From Octopus sinensis (taxonomy: Eukaryota), in the NCBI RefSeq assembly GCF_006345805.1, contig NC_043002.1, forward strand, positions 14,446,001-14,510,000: a stretch of DNA of 64,000 nucleotides. Direction: 5' to 3'. Positions 35,386-49,790 of the stretch are shown piece by piece. The position numbers and the translations under genes are program-made. The stretch's first letter is position 1. Each line of letters opens with the position of its first letter. Below the pieces are notes generated by a model that worked only from the letters and a program-made list of their open reading frames with translations, was not told the DNA's origin and did no database searches.

Positions 35386-36564
35386 AACATCATTTCATTT
35401 TATCTACATTAAGTATGATATATAGATTGCTCTATTTCCATATATACAAAATGTAATGTGATGTACGTAACCTGAAGGTGAAAATTTTTTAACGCCTTAA
35501 AATTTGCTCCTTCTGCCCAGCTTCTGAAGGCTTATCCTTTCATCAGTCCTACTTAGTGCACAAGGCAGTAATTTATGAACGCTAATTGACTCAAATTCTC
35601 GGAATCTAATTGTGAACCAAAAATCTCTAATTCTATTCTCACGCATGATCACAATTAATATTGTTACCTCTCAAACGGGAGCTCTTCATCCTTACCAAAT
35701 TATTCGATATGTCATAGAACAATAATTCGAGTCGCAAAAACTCGATAGCATTGCTTCGTCCGAAACTTGCTGGAATTTCGAAGGAGTACATAACGTTCAG
35801 TCTGATATCCATCATTTATTGATTCAAAAATGTAAATAAAATTTGCTGATTACTTATGTCTAGTATGAAATTTTGGTTTTTTAATGTTAAACACGATACA
35901 TTCGAAAGAGATCCCTCAAGAATTCATTAAAAACAGTCCCAACTCCTACTATCATCCACTACGAGTCACTTTCAGGGCACTTGACCATTTAACATCCTAC
36001 TACTATCATACTACTCCCGCATTCTTTTATTATTTTCTTCTTCTTCTTCTTCTTCTTCTTCTTCTTCTTCTCTGGCACCCCTTTCCTTTACTACCACTGC
36101 TGCTTAAACAATCATCTCGCACACAAAAGAGTAAAGAAGGAGAGACAGAGACAGACAGAAGCAAGGAAAAAAACCTTTGAATCGTAGGGAAATATTGAAA
36201 AAATACATTTTTCATTTAATTTTTCCACAGTTTAATTTGTTTCTATACTTGAAAATGCCCCAATGAGTGAAACCAGTACTAAAATATATTTTTATGATAA
36301 AATTATACATATCAACTCGTGTGTCCCTTTTCAATCTTCTACACACACATATCTATGTATGTATATATGCATATAACTCTCTGCACGAATGGGCCTTGGA
36401 GCCCAAATCTTGAATTGAAAGTCTTCGCCAGGTGGTGCTATTAAGTTAGACATGGCCTGGGCCAATACTGGCCAAAACCTTTCTAAGTTATACAAATAAG
36501 CACACATATACATACATACATACACACACACATATATATATATATATTGTGTGTGTGTGTGTGC

Positions 36565-36770
36565 GTGGTCTTTCAAAATGTGATCTCGTGTGTACCGTTG
36601 GCGATTTTTTTCCTCTGTCTTCCCTTCTCTGGATCTTTCCTTCTCCTATGTTTCCGACGAAGAGCTCCGCTCGAAACGTTAAACCGTCCTTCTTCCCTTC
36701 TTTCCTGAGCGTCCAATAATACTATATTTGTTCCACGTCTTCGCGTTATTGTGTTTTCTTGTTTGGATTA

Positions 36771-36775
<5 letters not shown>
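36565..36775 (+). mobile_element. PLE pLTR-like repeat with type I hammerhead
   Basis: Homologous to 20175-20385; ends in (TA)n. Confidence 0.65.
36650..36684 (+). ncRNA. Minimal (probably dimer-forming) type I hammerhead
   Basis: GTTT-CCGACGA-A-GAGC-TCC-GCTC-GAAA-CGTT-AAAC; palindromic AACGTT replaces stem III. Confidence 0.65.
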
Positions 36776-36819
<44 letters not shown>

Positions 36820-37570
36820 CAATAATAGTAGGGAATATAATTCCAATTACACAGACACCAGACACACACACACACAAAGATATATATATATATATATAAT
36901 ATATATATATATAATGAACACCCATACATATTTAGATGACCGTGGTTCTGTGCATGTGTATGTATACTTAGATACGTATTAGTTCGATGTATACACCAAT
37001 TAAATGAAGTTATTTGTGTGAATGGTGCAGCCGAATAAATTATTTGTTGTGTGATAGGCATCTTCAAATGGCAGATTAAGCGAGTGCAATGGGCACCAAA
37101 GCAGCTGAAATTAAATTTTACTTGTAATCTAGCAGGCGAGCTGGTATCCCGCTGCGCTAATAGAATGACCACGAATCCTTTGAAGAAAGACATTTACAGA
37201 CAAAACAGAAAAGGAATACTTCTAGTCTTCATCCATATATATCAAAGGGTTAATAAGAAAGAGACATGGTTACGACAGAATTAACGAAAAAAACTGTTTG
37301 ATTTCTGTTTCTACCTTTGATTTTTATTTCCATTAACTAATATTGGTCAATTCGCTTTGTAATTTATATATTATATTTTACCGCCATTCCTTTATTTAGT
37401 AGCTTTATGACATATCTAGTTGAATCTAAAAGTTTCTCTATTACTTTTAAGCTATATAGACGGAATGCTAAGATGAAATTGGTCATAAAACGATGAGAAA
37501 CTAAATGTGATCCAGTAGATCTATCAGAACCACTCATTTGATGACTTACCAGTACACAGCTGTTGATAAG

Positions 37571-37621
<51 letters not shown>

Positions 37622-38783
37622 TATATTCATGTAATTACTTATATATTATTCTATGCAGTAGTATGATACGTAAAACTCAGTAAATAACAGCTGTTACCAT
37701 TTGAGAGAGAAACAATTGTGATTTGTGATTAAAGTCTCTTAATATCATCGTTTTATTTCATAGGTATCTGTATAAATTCTGCATGCACTAACAGAGTTCC
37801 ATATATATATATATCCGATATATATGTATGAGTGTGTGTTTGTGTGTGTGTGCATGTATCTTTTGTTGTGTTATGATATAAACCTGAAGGATTACTCAAA
37901 GCACTTGTAAAATATATATATTTTCTATTAATGAACTTTGGAAATATGTTTATGTTACTTAATTATCTACATTACTTCATGAGTATAGCCTCAACCACTA
38001 GGATGTCTAGAGAACTCACATGTATTTTAGCTGATGAGTACGGGACACGTTTATATGCTGTAATTTTTACAACTTTTAATAAAGCCTGTCCTTGTATGAA
38101 ACGATTGTACTAAAAACCTATCCATTCTTGTTGCTTCTTTCTCGCTTATAATCACCCCACATTACTGTATTGTTAAAACAGTATAGTTTTTTTTGGTGCA
38201 TCTAAGTTAGGTACCATATTCAAGTAAATTCATTTAAATTAACTTGAATCTTTATTGCTTTTTGAATATATTTTCTATTATTTAACTAAAAGAGCCCTGA
38301 CTGTGGTGCTTTTGAGTTCATCGTCGCTTTATAAGTTTTCTGGGATAGATGGAGCTCTATTGAATGATTGCAGATTATCCGCGCTGGAAAATGCCATGAA
38401 CAATTCTATTGATCGAAGTTGGAGTTCTGTAATTGGTTACTGTGTTTATATGAAGATTACTGTTCAGAATGCAGTCTAGCATATGAAATATGGTGTTAGC
38501 AATGTATTATTGAATCCTAGTTATTAGGGATCTCGTGATATATTTAATACTCATTCTGAATTTAAGTAAATATCAGAAGGTAATGATTACTAAAATGCCC
38601 TTGATTTTTAATCGTTTCCATTTATTGACATATGAAATGGTGACATATGTAGAAACGCATCAAATCGTACCTACTCTCTGTTTGAAGTTATGTGAACAAA
38701 AATATTACCCATTACCCTGTATTTGCAGATTTTAAATATATATCTTCAGTTTAGTTACAATAGATTTTCGGTTACAAAATAAA

Positions 38784-39205
38784 GGCGTAGGAGTGGCTGG
38801 GTGGTAAGTAGCTTGCTTACGAACGACATGGTTCCGGGTTCAGTCCCACTGCGTGGCACTTGATCAAGTGACCTTTAATATAGCCTCGAGCCGACCAAAG
38901 CCTTGTGAGTGGATTTGGTAGACGGAAACTGAAAGAAGCCCATCGTGTATATGTATATATAGATATATATATGTTGGTGTGTGTATATGTTTGTGTGTCT
39001 GATTGCCCCCCCCCCCAGATTGCTTGACAACTGATACTGTTGTGTTTACGCCCCCGTAACTTGGCGGTTCGGCAACAGAGACCGATAGAATAATTACTAG
39101 GCTTACAAAAAATAAGTCCTGGGGTCAATCTGCTAGACTAAAGGCGGTGGTCCAGCATGACCACAGTCATAACTGAAACAAGGAAAAAGAGTAAAGAGAG
39201 TAAGA
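38784..39205 (+). mobile_element. SINE family A, full length
   Basis: Head, internal microsatellite, tail. Confidence 0.9.
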
Positions 39206-39762
39206 GTTTACTAATAATCACATCCCCCAGTATATCTTTGATAAAATGTTGTACAGAGAAGAAAATATTAGAACCATAGCGATATACAAATCATTGTTCT
39301 TCATGTCATGATATATTATATGAATATAAAGAAGTATATGATATAGAATATCAAAACCAGTTACAGTTGTCTACACAGTAATATGTAGCATAGACACAGA
39401 GAACAGAGAAGTCAACGAAATCCATCCAGAATGAATGTGTATAATATCTTTAGGCTATAGGGAGACAAAGTAACGTTAGAAGATGAGAGCCAGGGACATT
39501 TGCTGGAGGCACATAGCAAAATATAAAGAGCTTTTAGCCAACTTTCAGTTATAAAATTTAATAACATTATTTGACTGAACTTTGTAAATGTCTCCTACGC
39601 AAAATATCTCGCCACATTCATATATATATATATATATATTTTATTTTTATTATTATTAATACATTCCATGGTAACAAAACAATTAAGAAAATTTCCTTGC
39701 GACAGTGGTCTAGCGAGAAGAAAACCTAGTCAAATAGTCTACATATTATTCATATAAAAATA

Positions 39763-39865
39763 CACTGTACATTTAAACACATGAGAGTGGGCCATAACAG
39801 GACATCTGACCCTTCTAGCGGGTTAGATATCCTGTTAGGTCATCTCTTATCTGTTTAAATGTACA

Positions 39866-39868
<3 letters not shown>
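39763..39868. mobile_element. Tc1/mariner-type hairpin MITE (106 bp)
   Basis: TA|CACTGTACATTTAAAC...GTTTAAATGTACACTG|TA; the whole element is self-complementary with a loop of about 7 nt. Confidence 0.75.
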
Positions 39869-39916
<48 letters not shown>

Positions 39917-40144
39917 ATTATATATATTATATATATAGGATAACAGTTTTCGAAAAAAATCTATCAATGGCCAGCATATCAAGAAATACCTTTAAAGGTT
40001 AAATTTATAAACAACTTATAAACAAGGGCAAAAAAAAAAAATTCTAATGCCAAATATGTGTCTGTTTTCGGCATATTTGGCATTAGAAATGTTTTTCTTT
40101 TGCCCTTGTTTATAAGTTGTTTATATAAATATACATACATGCAT

Positions 40145-40197
<53 letters not shown>

Positions 40198-40199
<2 letters not shown>

Positions 40200-40359
40200 C
40201 GCAGGAGTGGCTGTGTGGTAGGTAGCTTGTTTACCAACCACATGGTTCCGGGTTCAGTCCCACTGCGTGGTACCTTGGGTATCTGTCTTCTACTATAGCC
40301 TCGGGCCGACCAAAGCCTTGTGAGTGGATTTGGTAGACGGAAACTGAAAGAAGCCCGTC

Positions 40360-40404
<45 letters not shown>

Positions 40405-40610
40405 TGTGTGTGTTTGTGTCTGTGTTTGTCCTCCTAGCATTGCTTGACAACCGATGCTGGTGTGTTTATTTTAGTTAGTGGTTCGGCAAAAGTGACCGAT
40501 AGAATAAGTACTGGGCTTACAAAAGAATAAGTCTCGGGGTCGAGTTGCTCGATTAAAGGCGGTGCTCCAGCATGGCCGCAGTCAAATGACTGAAACAAGT
40601 AAAAGAATTA
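40198..40610 (+). mobile_element. SINE family A, full length (near consensus)
   Basis: A/B boxes, (TA)n(TG)n spacer, GGTGCTCCAGCATGGCCGCAGTCAAATGACTG tail. Confidence 0.92.
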
Positions 40611-41038
40611 AAAAAATATATATATGAATGTACATTCTCACTGTAAGTTCCCAAATTCTTCACACTATGTAGAATAAATTTTAAAAGTGCAGATCAGGAA
40701 GTGGATTACTCTGTTCATATTCATCATTACTGTTTATTTCCATGCTATAGAGTAACCAAGTGCATGATAGTTTGAATTATAAACACATGGTTGATTTATA
40801 GCGATTATTGTTTCGAGGGGGAAATAACTGGGTTATAAACTAAAAGTATTATTTAAGATTATCAATAAAGATGAAAAGAAAAGAAAACATAGTGATAGGA
40901 TGCTGGCATACAAGCACGCATATGTAAAGACATTACCCTTCCCCCACACATACACACACATATATGCTTATATACACATATAAATATACAAGTACACATA
41001 TGCTAATGTATATATATATATATATGTGTACACACACA

Positions 41039-41121
<83 letters not shown>

Positions 41122-41744
41122 ATACATATATAATGTATATACATAAATATATTTAGGTGTGAAAGAGTCGAGGTGCATAAAAAGGTGAAAAGTCTGGATT
41201 TATAGTGATGGCTGGCCACATAAGATTTATATATGCATTTCTATATATGTTTATACGTGCATATATATATATATATATATATATGCGTACATATAGGTAT
41301 ATGCATGTACATACATGCATTCATACATATATCACGATACGCAAACACGGGGACACATTCCAAGGTTTATTTATTTATTCCCATTTTGCTTTTCATTGGG
41401 GAGTGTTTTGGCGCGCATGAGTACATGTATTGAAGTATTGTGAAAATTATTTGTAGCTATGACTGAAACAAAACTATGCTTGAATTATATTGCCATGGTA
41501 CGTACTACAATGGATATATTTTGATATATTTCTTTTCTTTCTTTTGCGAAACAAAACCACCAAGAATGTTTTTATTCTGCTAGGAATTATTCTGAGGAAA
41601 AAAAATCACTGTTCTTCATACATGTAACTGGACTCCCGCAAACAGAAATAAATATTGTAGATAGATACAAGATTAATTAGTTGTTGTTTTTTTGTTTCTG
41701 AATATGTGTATGCACTTATATAAGTACATGTATATGTACTTTGT

Positions 41745-41796
<52 letters not shown>

Positions 41797-41830
41797 ATAC
41801 ATATATATATACAATTTTATCCTACATTAG

Positions 41831-41862
<32 letters not shown>

Positions 41863-42349
41863 GCACACACATGTTTACACACTCTCTAACACACTCACAC
41901 ACACACAGACATATGTATGGAATATAAGGATTAGTTTGTAGTAGGTTCCATGAAAAATAGTTCTCTAGATAAATAAGTAATGAGTAAAAAGTATTTTAAT
42001 ATTGATTTATAACATATGTAAACGGCAAAGATTTATCGAAAGAAAAGTCTAAAACTCCGACTGCAGCATTGTATACAATTGGCTCGATAAAAAGCAATGT
42101 TGGCTGTAGTAGCGTTTTGTCAGAGCTCATAAAAACGTGACTCGTTATACTCATACGTTATACTCGTAGGTTATACTCATGACTAGAATCCACATTATAA
42201 ATATGGCGTTTTATTATGAATCTTGATCCAGATAACACTAGACATATTCTGAACGAAATATATTTTTGTTATGCACTTAAATAAAATAATCATTGCAAAC
42301 GTTCCAAATATTGGATCTGAATTTTGGAGCAAATCCAGTATTTTCGGGC

Positions 42350-42940
42350 TACATAGTAAGTCGATTACGCTGGCACCAGTGCTCAACATTTATTATTTTT
42401 TTTCGATCTGGAAAGAAGAAATGGCAAAGTCAGCCTCGGAAAAATTTTACCTCAGAACATAAAGACGGGTGAAATACCTATTTCTTTACTACCCACAAGG
42501 AGCTAAACACAGAAAAGTCAAAGAAGGACAGACAAACGGATTAAGTTGATTATATCGACTCCAGTGCGTAACTAGTACTTATTTTATCGACCCTGACAGG
42601 ATGAAAGGCAAAGGTGACTTCGGCGGAATTTGAACCCAGAACGTAGCGGCAGACGAAATACCTATTTCTTTACTACCCACAAGGGGCTAAACACAGAGAG
42701 GACAAACAAGGACAGACAAACGGATTAAGTCGATTATATCGACTCCAGTGCGCAACTGGTACTTATTTAATCTAACCCGAAAGGATGAATGGCAAAGTCG
42801 ACCTCGGCGGAATCTGAACTCAGAACGTAGCGGCAAACGAAATACGGCTACGCATTTCACCCGGTGTGCTAACGATTCTGCCAACTCACCGCTAAGTATT
42901 TCGCCCGGTAAGCTATCGATTCTATCTGCTCACCGCCTTA
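42350..42940 (-). mobile_element. SINE family B multimer
   Basis: Units joined at GAAATACCTATTTCTT (about 42472 and 42657). Confidence 0.88.
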
Positions 42941-44774
42941 CAGACGTTACAAGTGTTGATTTCAAGTTTGATTCTTTGCTTTGAGAATGTAAATTCAGAG
43001 TTTAGACCAGCGTTTAAAATTTTGAAAACGGATGCATCGTTTTTTAGTATCATTTTTTAAGAATTCACAAAGAATATAGGTGGGTGTTATGTTTTAGTTG
43101 GCCAGAAAGTTTTCTGTTGATGTAATTTAGAATACTTCCCTAGTCTCTACAGGGTAGGTGGCCGTTGTGACGAAGGTCTTTGTGTTCCTAGTTCAGGAAT
43201 ATATTTATCTTAATGTTCAGAATAATTCCTAGGTAATGTGGATTGGTGTAAAGGAAGCTGGTTGAATATTTATCTCCTGGAACTTATTCTTCTACTAGTA
43301 ATTTTAGGAATGCGTGGATTTTGTATTTTTATGGAGGTAGAGCATACGGGCTATATTTTTATAAATATTTCTTTTTATTCGGTTGCTAATGCATTTAATT
43401 ATTATTTTGGTATCGGCTACGTGCGAAAGTGAGGCATTTTAAATAAGATCCTCCCTTACCTGGGCTTCTAAGATTTAGTCCCTAATATTTAGAAAGTAAA
43501 TCAATTTATGCAATAGATCACAATAAGTCTATTTGCGTAGAAAATGTTGCTTACATAGCAAACTGAGCGCACTTTCTTATTGATGCCTACATTTAAAATG
43601 TAAATGTGGACTGAACTAAGTTGAATCCCGCTGTATTAAAATTGATTTGCGCATATAAATGTTCCTTGAATAAAGCTCAGTTTTCTGCTCAGCGTCCCTT
43701 TTAATAGGGTAAATATTTCAGATTTGTTTCAAAGCCTTCTTTTTATTTTTTCGCTAATTTCAGTACTCCTAATTGTATCTGGTTGGTATTTAAGATTTGG
43801 TGATTTTTTTTTTTGTATGGCAGCATTTTCTAGTGGCGGTATTTGGAATCCTTTTCATCAGTTCTTTCGGTAAATGATGCTAACACCGACATCTGTTCGG
43901 AATTTATATTTCAAAATGTCTTCCAAAACCAAAACAATGACCTTTCATGCGGTTCAAGATTAGTGACACCTCATTTTTAAATAATCAGAGGCTATAGAGT
44001 GTTTTCTGTTGAAAGAGGAATATAGTCCAACAAGGTCAGTTGTATTAGTTACGCCAAGCCTCCAACAGAGTGGGCGAACAGAGACCCTGTATAAACCGTG
44101 ATAAAATCTTAACTTCTTTAAATCTATAATTAAAATGGAATACAATCAGCAATAATGATGCAATATGCCTTGAATGTACAATATGGCTTCAGATTTTATA
44201 ATATACCTGAAACAAATTTTCATTTTCTTCTTCAAATATTTTTCTAACTTTCGATTGATTTGGCATTCTTTAGAATGAGGATTTATGATGTTGATAAGTT
44301 TGGATTATATTTTCAATAAATACCTTGAATATATTATAAATTAATATAAATTCATCGTAGCTTAATTGTCTTAGATCCATGATGCATCATTCAAGTTTTC
44401 CAGTTTCATTTGGGCCTTTAATCCATGAAATGCTTCGGTTTACACATTGAAAATTTACTTGACGTTTAATTCGACTATCATCATATTTGATAAAGAGGGA
44501 GCTGGAGATAAATTGTATTGTATATAAGTTTCACAAAATGCTTTCTGTCAATAATTTGTTTAATACAAAATAAAACATTACTTTATTTGGAGCTTGTAGA
44601 CATTTCAATTACTTCCTATAAATAACGAAAAATATCACAAAATACAAAACAATAGTCTTAATCATAAATGTTTGCGTAAATGCATGTACGATGTTGTTTC
44701 TTTCTTTATGGATATATTGCCTTCAGTATTTATATAAACGAATTAAGAAAGAAATTAATTTTGATTTGAAATGT

Positions 44775-44952
44775 TGGCACAAGGCTAACAGTTTCGGGGG
44801 AGCGGGGTAATCCGATTACATAGACCCCAGTGTTAACCTACTACTGATTTTATCGACCCCGAAATGATGATAGGCGAAACCGAGTTGGCGGAATTTCAAC
44901 TCAGAGAGTAATGGGAGACGAAATACCGCTGACCACTTTGGCCAGTTCGCCG
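44775..44952 (-). mobile_element. Diverged SINE family B
   Basis: TTTATCGACCCCGAAATGATG...GGCGGAATTTCAACTCAG. Confidence 0.7.
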
Positions 44953-44974
44953 TTTTATATTGCAAATATCAATT

Positions 44975-45359
44975 ATTTTATTCTTTAACTGGTTTTAGTC
45001 ACTTGACTGCGTCCATGCTGGAGCACAGCTTTTAGTCGAAGAATTTATTCTTTGTAAGCCTAGTACTAATTCTATCGGTCTCTTTTTCTGAACCGCTAAG
45101 TTACGGGGACGTAAACACACCAGCATCGGTTGTGAAGCGATGCTGGGGGACAAGCAGAGAAACACAAACATATACACACACATACATACATATATATACG
45201 ACGAGCTTCCTACAGTTTCCGCTACCAAATCCACTTACAATGCTTTGGTCGGCCCTAGGCTATTGTAGAAGACACTTGCCAAAGGTGTCACGCAGTGGGT
45301 CTGAACCCAGAATCATGTGGTTCGTAAGCAAGCTACTTACCACACAGCCACTCCTAGCC
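44975..45359 (-). mobile_element. SINE family A, full length
   Basis: Matches the family consensus. Confidence 0.88.
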
Positions 45360-45734
45360 TATGTGTAAATAAATATGTATACATGAAAAATACATGTCTG
45401 TATACATGCATATATACCTGTGGACATGTGGTTTGCTATTATCGATACGTTTTAAATATTTCACATTTTCTTTTGAAGATGGTTGGAACCTGGGATGAAA
45501 TCTTCGTCTCAGAGGCTGGTAATGAATGCAGGAAAACAATTTAGTCCTTGGTTTATTGAAGCAAGTTTGTACATCGTGTCACGAATAAATGCGGTGAAGT
45601 GGCATACTCACCTGATGCAGTTCCACACATTTTTTTTCTCCATAAACAAATGACAATCGAACATTGTATTAACCATTAAAACGTAACCATGCAGTTATTT
45701 TTGCACTCATAATTTTATTCCATCACTAATCTCC

Positions 45735-46180
45735 TAATCATGGAAATTATACACAATGAACTTCATTGCACTATAAAATTTTGTTTTTAATTCCCAACTC
45801 AACCACATTTCCATCTGAGATATTCTTCTGTGTATATTTCTATTTTGATTTTCAACCTTGCAGATTCATGATTTATTCAATGGCTAATACTGGTAATTAA
45901 AATTGGTTGTTTTCCCCCGTTATTCGACTTCCAAATATTTTAGAGTATAACTAATTATTCAAAGCACGTCATATGGTGAATTAGACGGTAGTATTAGCTA
46001 AAAGGATATTTAAAAATGTAAAATGCAAGGGAATACTATTTTTTTATTTGCCAAAGCATAGAATCGTATATTCCGTTATTGGTTTAGCAAATCTCTTGTG
46101 ATTTTAGAAGGAAAAGCTTAACAAATAACAAGAAAAAGCCGGTATTTGCTATGCGTTATTCTTTTCGTAATTTATTTCCC
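45735..46180. repeat. Diverged direct repeat, copy 1 (copy 2 at 49373-49790)
   Basis: Colinear blocks TCATGGAAAT, TTCATGATTTATT, GTAATTAAAATTG, ATAACTAATTATT, ATTAGCTAAA(A)GGATATTT, TAGCAAATCT. Confidence 0.7.
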
Positions 46181-47487
46181 ATTCCTCGATCAGTTAATTA
46201 GCTGACTCTGGAATGTCATTGGTTCGTTGTAGAGTTGATATTAATTAAGTACTGTAATCAACATTTTAAAAATTATTACCGAGTGTCTTAAATTTTGTAC
46301 GGGTAATTTCGTTGTTTTCTTTCTCTCACGTCAATGGATTCGCTACAAGAACAATCCATGGCTGTTATTTGGGTAAATTCATTTCCATTAAAATGACGAA
46401 TGGATTATGTATTTGAATAATGAAAATTAATTTATTTTTCATTACGAATCAGTTATTTGAGAACAAAACTTGTTATTACTTCAGAGCTCACATTTATATT
46501 TCCAGCTAGGCATTAATTCTAGTAGTTGTATGTTATTACTACGTTCCAGAAAAGAACATATTCTCTAAATAATAGATAAGTATATATATTTATTATCATT
46601 ACTTGTTTGTTCAACTGAGGCACGAAATGATAAAGTATACTTAGATGAAAACAAAAAGGTTTACTTGGGCTTAATCTGATAAAGTACTCCATGAAGAATA
46701 AAAGTAAATATTTCAACGCGAAGCTAAAAGTCTTACAATGTTCACTTGATATCAGTCGACATTCAACCCTGTGAAAGCTGTGAGTATTAACCACGGGTAG
46801 TCATTCATCGACCTCTAAAAACAACGTTAGCTTTCAAATATTCCCATGCTAAGATATAATTTCTTATCAACCATTTCTAGGGATACAGTTGTATCTTCAA
46901 AATCAATATTTTGTAATGAACGAAGGGATATACTTTTTGAGCGATAAGTACTGTCTATATGATGTGGAATTTACATATGAACATACTAAGTTAGCAATAA
47001 AAGAAAAGTGATCAAGATAAATGCATCGGAAGCTATATAGAGATATTTTTTAGGTGATAGGAAATACTGAACGTTTAACAAAACAACAGAATCAATGATA
47101 AACGGAACAAATTTAGCACGCAGCATAATTATATTAATTCATCCTTGTAGAAACATAAAAATTACAACAGAGTGAGAAAGGGAGGTGCAGAAAGAGAGAG
47201 AGAGAGAGGGGGAGAGAGAAAGAGAAGAGAGGGATAACCAGACACAAATATGGAGAGGTAGGATTGACGTAGACAATGTTAATCTTAGAAAATATTTCCT
47301 GATAAAGATAAGAAAAGCAAACAAAAACAGCGAAAGTGGGGCGACTGAAAAGTTCCACGTTTGTTTCATCAGGGATGGACTAAGGATACAAAATAGTCCA
47401 ATTCACGTTTAATATAACACTGTCGTTTCTAATATTAAATGGCACACGAAAGAAGCGTTAAACATTCGCTTGATTATTTACACGATA

Positions 47488-47575
47488 CCGTAATCCTTCG
47501 ACTATAGTAGGTGTTACGATTCCAAAATCCCCTGCGATAGGTGAAAATCCGCGAAGTAGAAAGAGTACTGAACTG
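47488..47575 (+). mobile_element. pogo/Tigger-like 5' terminal fragment
   Basis: TA|CCGTAATCCTTCG...GGTGTTACG.TTCC...GCGATAGGTGAAAATCCGCGAAGTAG resembles Tigger MITE termini (from recall). Confidence 0.45.
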
Positions 47576-47609
47576 TATATTTTTTTCTTACGTTTTATAA
47601 TTTGTATAT

Positions 47610-47653
<44 letters not shown>

Positions 47654-47714
47654 TATATATATATATATTATATATATATAATAAATATATATTATATATA
47701 TATATTAATATATT

Positions 47715-48123
47715 CTTTTACTTTTACTTGTTTCAGTCATTTCACTGCGGCCATGCTGGAGCACCGCCTTTAGTCGAGCAAATCGACCCCAGGACTTATT
47801 CTTTGTAAGCCGAGTACTTATTCTATCGGTCTCTTTTGCGGGGACGTTAACACACTGGCATCGGTTGTCAAGCGATGTTGGTGGGGGAGGGTCAAACACA
47901 GGCACACAAACACACACATATATACATATATGAGACGAGCTTCTTTCAGTTTCCGTCTACCAAATCCACTCACAAGATTTTGATCGGCCCTAGGCTATAG
48001 TAGAATACACTTGCCCAAGTTGCCACGCAGTGGGACTGAACTCGGAACCATGTCGTTGGTAAGCAAGCTACTTACCACACCGTCACTCTTACACCTACAC
48101 TTACCACACAGCCATACCTGCGC
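47715..48123 (-). mobile_element. SINE family A, full length
   Basis: Matches the family consensus. Confidence 0.9.
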
Positions 48124-48820
48124 CTATATGCAAAACAAAACCACCGAGAAATCGACACAAGCTTAAATTATAATCATCGATAGGTGAACTGCGATATGGC
48201 GTGGGATTACTGCATGTTTGTGTATGTATGGATGTATGAGTAAATGGACAGATGAAAGGAAGAGGCATTCAACAAATTTCGCAGGAGCCACATTATTGTA
48301 TGATAAGTCTGGTAATGCAAAGCAAATGTTGGAGGAGTTACGATAAAAAAGCTTACAATTTACACCTGCGTTTGTTAGTTTCTGTAACATAATCCAAAAT
48401 TGTGTTTATGGTAATTTGTCACTACATATTCATATACATATATACATGCATGTACACACACACATACACATTCACACACTCACACACACACTCAAAAGGT
48501 GAGTTACGCCATCGGCGGACAGCCTAAATATGTGTGTTCGCGCGTATATATATATATATACATAGATACATACACACATACACATACGCACACACGCATA
48601 CATACATATATATATGTATATTAATATTTAGTAAAAGCAACAAAGTGACGCAAGGTTCAAGAGTTTCGAGTGCTGGCACTTATCACTTTGAAAAGTGCCA
48701 ACATAGGAAATTCTCGGATCTTGTGTCAGTCTGTTGCTTCTGTTAAATGATAAAAATATGCATAAACACATTTTAAGTTCTATTTTTGCTGTTTGCACCG
48801 ACATGCTTCCCCGCTCTCTC

Positions 48821-48860
<40 letters not shown>

Positions 48861-49372
48861 TAGATATATTATCACGTTAAAATATTTCACAGACATTTTA
48901 GCTAATCTAAATTTTACATTTAAATAAATTGGGGTTATAACAAACTGCAATTAGGTAGCACATATAACAAATATTTAATAAAAAATAAATTATACAGATC
49001 CTATCTCTTGCAGGTATCGTGTATATCCCAATCATTGCGTTAAAAAGAAGAATTTATAGTCACTGGAACAAAACTTATATTTATCAGATTAATTTGTATC
49101 ACCTTCAACGTCGTAAAACAATCATTCTATAAAGGAGAAATCGAAATTATTAACCTCAATTTCTTTGTTTATAGTTCGTACCAAGCGTAGTTCGGTCTAT
49201 TTCCAGAGAAAGATTAATGCACGAAAAGAGCATTATATTCATATTTGTACCCTATTAAATAAAGTTAATCCAGGTCCCCTCTCGTTGTAGCAAGATTGTA
49301 TTCTCAAAATTGTGAAGCGTTCACGCTGGGAACACGGTAATGGATGCACCCATAATTAGACAAAACATACTT

Positions 49373-49790
49373 TCTTAGTCATGGAAATGACGCACATCGA
49401 ACCTGAATATGCTATTAACATGCATTGTGTTTTCATTCTAAATTCACCTATATTCTTTTGCAAAATCATCATCCTCATTGTTTCATGATTTATTTAGCTG
49501 CTAATATTCGTAATTAAAATTGATTGATTTTCCAACCCTTATCCTCATTCCAAATTCTCTAGAACATAACTAATTATTTCAAACAGTGCACATTGCAAAT
49601 AAGATGGCAGCATTAGCTAAAGGATATTTAAAAATATAAAATGCAAAGCATTGCTTTTTCATACGACGAAACATATGAATCATATATTCCATTATGGGCA
49701 TAGCAAATCTTTTGTAATTTTACAGAAAAAGAACTAAATATTCAACATTCAGCTTTGTTCGTTATGCATTCTTCTTTTCGTGTTTAAATT
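49373..49790. repeat. Diverged direct repeat, copy 2
   Basis: See 45735-46180. Confidence 0.7.

Noticed and set aside
35500-35555. CTGATGA-AAGG-ATAAG-CCTT on the minus strand
   Set aside because: No GAAA, cleavage triplet or stem I follows.
37030-37200. Possible minus-strand coding exon(s)
   Set aside because: Splice-like motifs exist but the frames are short and unassignable.
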